A stretch of 57,095 nucleotides of DNA, from contig NC_068989.1 of NCBI RefSeq assembly GCF_001194135.2, positions 43,998,677 through 44,055,771 on the forward strand, read 5' to 3'. Numbering within the stretch: position 1 is the first letter of the stretch; each line of letters begins with the position of its first letter. Position numbers and translations under genes: made by a program. Below are positions 51,546 to 57,095 of this stretch, one piece after another. A model generated the notes under the pieces. The model was not told the origin of the DNA. It searched no databases and saw nothing but the letters and a program-made list of their open reading frames with translations. This stretch comes from Octopus bimaculoides (taxonomy: Eukaryota).

Positions 51546-52836
51546 CATACATACATGTTAACACACATGTTAACAAAAGTCATCCGTTCCAGGCCACACC
51601 GAAACTCCACAAAATGGCATGAAATGCTGTTTAATTTGTCCATCGCAAATACACAAGTATATACATATTTGTATGTATGTATGTGTGCGTGTGTTATGTA
51701 TGCTCGCACGTGCGATTTTCCTTTGTTGATTCGTGGTTTATGTTTTTAACAAAACATGAGAAATATTGTTTTCTATAAAGAATATGAAAGTTTGCAAGCA
51801 ACATGAAATGCGTATATGGATGTAACTGTTTGTATACGCTCTCCGAGCCACTTATATGCGCCCATAGTCCACTCGTAGTTTGTTGTTCACATTTCAACTC
51901 AGCTTCTTTAAAAAAAAACTGTTCGCTCTACAATTTGTTCATTTAGTGTACAGCTTGCATGTGCTCTCCCAACATTTATACGTGTGCATAGTCTACTCGT
52001 AGTTTGTTGTATAAATCTCAAATCGTTAAGCAAATGGACAATCAGTCATTTATAAGCGTGCATAGTCTGCTTCAGGTTCGTTGATCAAATTTCAACTCTT
52101 TACGTGAATTTAATTTTCTTCAGAAAGCCCGTTCATTATTCGATTGTTTCGTTTAGAGAACCATTCGTATATCGATACTCCACTGTATACATGAACGTAT
52201 GCATGCCTGTACGTATGTATGTATGTATGTATGTAGTGGATTCGTAGAATCGTTAGAGAGTTGGTCTTAACGCCATTTAGTAACAACTCTGGGCATTCAG
52301 AGTTCAAAAGTGCGCGAAGTCAACTTCGACAGATTGAAACAACGTGAAATTAAAGGCCTTGCTCAAAGGTACAACGCACTACCCAATCCAGGAATGGAAG
52401 TCATAACCTCATGATCATGAACTAAATACCCCACAACCACTAGGCCACGCGCGTTCACAATTTTTGCACTGAAATAATAATTTATAATGAATAATACAAA
52501 ACTTACGGAGTGACATTTCGAAATGATACGCAACTAAAAGGTCATTCAGCTACTTCTAAGCATCATGGGAAATTTTTTCCCCACATATTTAATTTTCCTT
52601 TTTTCTTTACTTTCTTCTAAATTTTATGCTTCCCAGGCTTGTTGTGTCAATCCACAGCTTGAATGTTTCCATAAAATATTTTAGTATTCTTTGACAGGAA
52701 GTGTAATGTGTGGGTAGCAGTTAAGAGCTTATAGTGCACTTATTATATCTTGATCTTTACTTAGAAACATAGTTGAGATAATGAATAGTTATCTATCTAT
52801 TTATCACTTTATTGGGCTGTCTATCTGTCTGGGTTT

Positions 52837-53090
<254 letters not shown>

Positions 53091-53394
53091 CCTCTAGATA
53101 TGTACACATACATACAAATACATACACATATCAAACCTACAAAAAATACCTTATCTACCAATAAATTTTATATATATGTATATATATATATTCACGTACA
53201 CTTTCACACACACTTACGCACACACATACATACAGACATACTTATACATATATACATACATACATGCAGGGAGAGAGGCGGGCAGAAAGATGTGGACACG
53301 CGCGCGTGCATATATAGGATGCAATGGGTAAGTTGTGGCTATTTTATCCTTTGAATTTCGCGCATGCGCATTGCTTGCTTTTGATTTTGTCGAC

Positions 53395-54095
53395 AACACC
53401 GTATAGTAGGGTCAGCTGGGCACCGTCTACGAGAAAAACAGCACCATGACGCAATTCACTCAGCCAGAAATTTGGAAACGACATGCTGTACTGCTTAGCA
53501 TTCGCGCCGGAAGCTCCAATACGAACATTTCAGAGTTTGGTTGTCAATCTGAGGACAGTGCAATCTGAGGAACTGTACCGAGAGTGATAAAAAGCAAACA
53601 TCCAGTCACACTCGTGGTGTTTCAAGTGATCAGTAGTGATGGTGACGTCATGCCTTCATTCATTTTCCCATACGGCCTCAAACTCAACATGGAAGGCTGC
53701 ATCAACTGCCTGGAGGAGGTAGTGTTGCCCTGGGTCAAGCGGGTGGCTGCTGGAAGGCCCTATGTCTGGCAACAGGACTGCACCATGCCACACAAGCAGG
53801 AGAACCCAGTCATGGCTGTCAGACAATTTATGTGACCACACCACCCCTAACATCTGGCCACCTAACTCCCCACACTGCAACCCCCTTGATTATTATTTGC
53901 GGGGCGCAGTTGAGCGAGAGACCAACAAAACTCCTTGTAACACCAAAGATGAACTGAAGGCAAAGATTATGGCAGCATTCACCAACTGAAACAAAGAGAC
54001 CGTCCAGAAGAGTTGCAAGAGATTCAGAAGTCGTCTGGAGGCCATAGCTGAAGCCAATGTCGATAAATTTACTCTGTAATATTTTAAGATATTTT
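53395..54095 (+). mobile_element. Tc1/mariner-superfamily transposase relic, maT (DD37D)-like
   Basis: VISSDGDVMP, RPYVWQQD.APCHTSRRTQSWL, WPPNSPHCNPLDYY, ELKAKIMAAF; frameshifts. Confidence 0.85.
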
Positions 54096-55084
54096 CCGAA
54101 CAGGTCTATCCACGACAACTTATGCAATACATAAGTTGTCGTGAGAGGGCTGGGACCAAAGCTGGTTTCGGGGTCGCTCTGATCAGTTTGGATCAGTCCA
54201 AAGCATTGGATAGGGTCGACCATAGCTACTTGGAGGCCGTTCTGAATGCAGGAAGTTTCGTACCTGTTTTCAGAGACTGGATCGCTGCAATGCACAGCGA
54301 CACCTGCTCAGTGGTCAAAGTGAACGGTCACCTATCGAAAGTGTTTAGTATCGCATGCTCGATCTGCAAGGGCTGCCCGCTCTCACCTCTTCTGTACGTA
54401 TTGGCACTTGATCCACTACTGCGGAAATTGGAACAGTTAAGGGGCATCCATTACCTGACACGGAAGGGCAGTGTCATGATGTCAGACGTCTCCGAAGTGG
54501 AGACGGTCGGTACCACTCTAGCGGAATATGAGTCGGTTGCAGGGACTAATGTCAACGCCGACAAATCGGTGGGTTTGCGGTTGGGCTCCTGAGGCAGGTT
54601 GATGCCATAGAACGGCGTTGTCGGACGCTGGACCAATGGACCAGCTAAACTGCTTGGGATCTGGTTTGGTCCCGACCTCAAGGTAGATAAGAACTGGAAT
54701 GAGGTGACGAACTGAGTGGCCAGTTTTACCCAGAAATGGGCTGAGAGAAAGCCCCACTGTCGTGCTTTGTCCTGGTTATTGTTTGACCAGGTTGGGGTGT
54801 CTCTTATTTAATTTCTTGTGGAAGGGACGTGTTCCAATGGTCAGGCGCTCTGAGTGGCGAATTAAGTTTGCCGTGGCTTCTAATGCACAGACACGCTCTT
54901 AGGTTGCCCCACCTACAACGATTTCTGGACGGTGAGCGTATGTGGGCTCCGTTTGTGAGGCACATCTTTCCGCAACTGGTCCCCTTGACAGTCCTGGGTG
55001 AAGAAAAAAAACAAGACTGGGCGCCTGGTACCTAGAATGTCGTCAGGCACTCACAGCCCTCTACTAGTTGAGCAATGGAATCGG
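54096..55084 (+). mobile_element. Second L1/Tx1-clade RT fragment, same family as 31900-34581
   Basis: SLDQSKALDRVDH, KGCPLSPLLYVLALDPLL, VNADKSVGL, HALRLPHLQRFL. Confidence 0.9.
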
Positions 55085-55924
55085 TGAATGTTGATCTCGT
55101 GGTACTGCCACGTCAGTTATTAGGCACTCTTCTTTGTCCCTCCTAAAGGTTACTGTATCCGGCCTCCGGTGCTCTAACACCTTGTCTGTCTGGAAGTCAA
55201 AGTCCCAGAGGATTTTTTCCTTCCCTTTTTTGTCCATTACCTTCTCCGGTGTATGTTGGTACCAAGTACACGTAACCTCATATCCATACTTACGGCATAG
55301 TAGCCAGTGGAGGTTTTGGGCTACTTTGTCGTGTCTACGCTTGTACTCTTTCTGCGCAAGACTTTCACAAGCACTTACAATGTGAGTCACACTTTCGACC
55401 CTCGTCCCATACGTTCTGCAGAGGTCCGATGCACTTGTGTGGTGTATATTCTTTTTCACTGAGCTGGTATCCCATGCATGGTCCTGGGCCGCGATGATTA
55501 GGCTTTCAGTATTCTTTTTTATGTCACCCTTGTTGAGCCACCTCCATGATGCTTCCTGCTCTTTTACTTTGTTGGTTTCACGGAGGTACTGACCATGTAA
55601 TTCCATATGGAGTAGGGTTTCTTCTCTCTCGTTGGCTGTTCTTGATGAGAATTCTTGAGCACTCTCAAGTCCATTCTTGTTAACTCCTTCTGCATTAGCA
55701 ACATACTGCAGCAGGTTTTGTTTGCTGTTTACCAAATATTCTGCCATGTTTCTTCTTTCCCTGTTGATGCACTCCCATACGCTAATCAGCCCACGTCCAC
55801 CTTTACCACTTTTCATGTAGAGCTTGTGTACATTTGACTTAGAGTGAAGGGCACCGTGCATTGTCATTGTCTTTCGGGTAGTGCGATCGAATTGGTTAAT
55901 CTGCGATGTATCCATTTCAGGATT

Positions 55925-55925
<1 letters not shown>
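55085..55925 (-). mobile_element. R4/Dong-type RLE retrotransposon fragment, open reading frame through the zinc knuckle and PD..D region
   Basis: HGALHSKSNVHKLYMKSGKGGRGL, LHGQY, IIAAQD, HIVSACESLAQKEYKRRHDKVA, HRRPD..ITDVAVP. Confidence 0.9.
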
Positions 55926-55974
<49 letters not shown>

Positions 55975-55999
55975 CGTCGTCGTCGTTGTCGTTGTTGTT

Positions 56000-56098
56000 A
56001 AGGCGGCGTGCTGGCAGAATCGTTAGCACGCCGAGCAAAATGCTAAACGACATTTCGTCCATCTTCACGTTCTGAGTTCAAATTCCGCCGAGGTCGAC
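56000..56098 (+). mobile_element. Isolated SINE A head, ending at gtcgac
   Basis: aaggcggcgtgctggcagaatcgttagcacgccg...gagttcaaattccgccgaggtcgac, then an abrupt switch to R4 sequence. Confidence 0.9.
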
Positions 56099-56802
56099 AG
56101 AGGATTTTGCGAGTTCCCGACTCTTCCACTCTCTGCGGTTTGTTCTCATATCACGTCCTGCCCCTTTCTAGCCCCCACTTTCCGCACACATTCCAGTGTA
56201 GCACCTTCGCTAACTGGTCGTGCCGCCACAACTTGTAATGGTTCTGGGAAGTCTAGGGCATTCGTTCGTGATATGGGCAATAGTTTCATCCACTCTATTC
56301 CAGATGCGGCACAGCGGAGACAATTTCTCATTCCTAAGGTTGGCTCTCCAGTTCGTGGCCAAAGCTTGGTCGTGTGCTGCCAGTATAGTGCTCACGGTCT
56401 CTTTTTTTAAGGTTCCTTTCATCAGCCAATCCCATCTATTTTTTCCAGCAGCTTCTACTGTAGCTACATGGAATTGATTGTGCAGTCCCTTGTTGCGTGA
56501 TGCTTCGTGTCCTTTTTGTACTTCTTCCTTTGTTTTCATTTTTTTCCTGCAAGGTTTCCTTACTTGGGGCTAGATATCTCATTAAGCTCTTGCGTTCAAT
56601 GCGCACGCAGTCTTCCACACTTACCAGTTCCCTTCTTCCATTTACTCTCTTCATGTATAGGCGATCAGTGTCTACACGTGGATGATGGGCTCCATGTATC
56701 GTTAGGAGCTTTTTTTGACTTCCTGTCCATCTCCTTTAGCTCCTCTTCTGTCCACTTTAGGATTCCAGTGCCATACCGAACTACTGCGATTGTGCGCGAG
56801 TT
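56099..56802 (-). mobile_element. Another diverged R4/Dong-type fragment
   Basis: AVVRYGTGILKWTEEELKEMDRK..HGAHHPRVDTDRLYM; LHNQF; LKKETVSTILAAHDQAL; CRIW..ETIAHITNECP. Confidence 0.85.
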
Positions 56803-57095
56803 TATTAGTATTGTTATTATTATTATTGCTATTATTATTATTATTATTATTATTGTTCAGTAGTTTTATTTTTATAACATGCTTTCACTGCACTACACAG
56901 CGCAGCTCTGTGTGCCTTGGGTATGTGCTGTGGTTTGCTGTGATGCTCTTATGGTTACTGTATTGAAAGTGTTTTGCGTAGGACGTGTGCAGTGCCCAGT
57001 AGTGCAATTTTCTGTATGTTATATATATTTGTAAGTCCTGGTGTTTTCGTTATGTATTTTTCTGAATATTTATATATATATATATATATATATAT

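Overview
AT-rich animal genomic DNA, very probably a coleoid cephalopod (Octopus-type SINE families, extreme microsatellite density, gapped draft scaffold; taxon inferred from remembered repeat families, not from a search). About a sixth of the window is N gaps, and most ORFs in the supplied track are artefacts of N runs or microsatellites. The only credible host-gene signal is a 66-nt start exon on the minus strand (13942-13877, MASYCIRDGTEEDLPELHRLMQ, then a phase-0 GT donor). It resembles exon 1 of SAT1/SAT2-type diamine/thialysine acetyltransferases, is absent from the ORF track, and implies that 1-13876 is intronic. The rest is a transposon landscape: three or more tRNA-derived SINE lineages with swapped heads and tails, decayed non-LTR retrotransposons (L1/Tx1, R4/Dong-type RLE, Penelope-like), mariner and maT transposase relics, and several MITEs. 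One MITE has perfect 37-bp TIRs, an 8-bp TSD and an internal telomere-like (TAACCC)n array. I see no intact autonomous element, CRISPR array or clearly new multi-gene system. SINE and LINE boundaries are by eye and approximate (about +/-10-30 bp).
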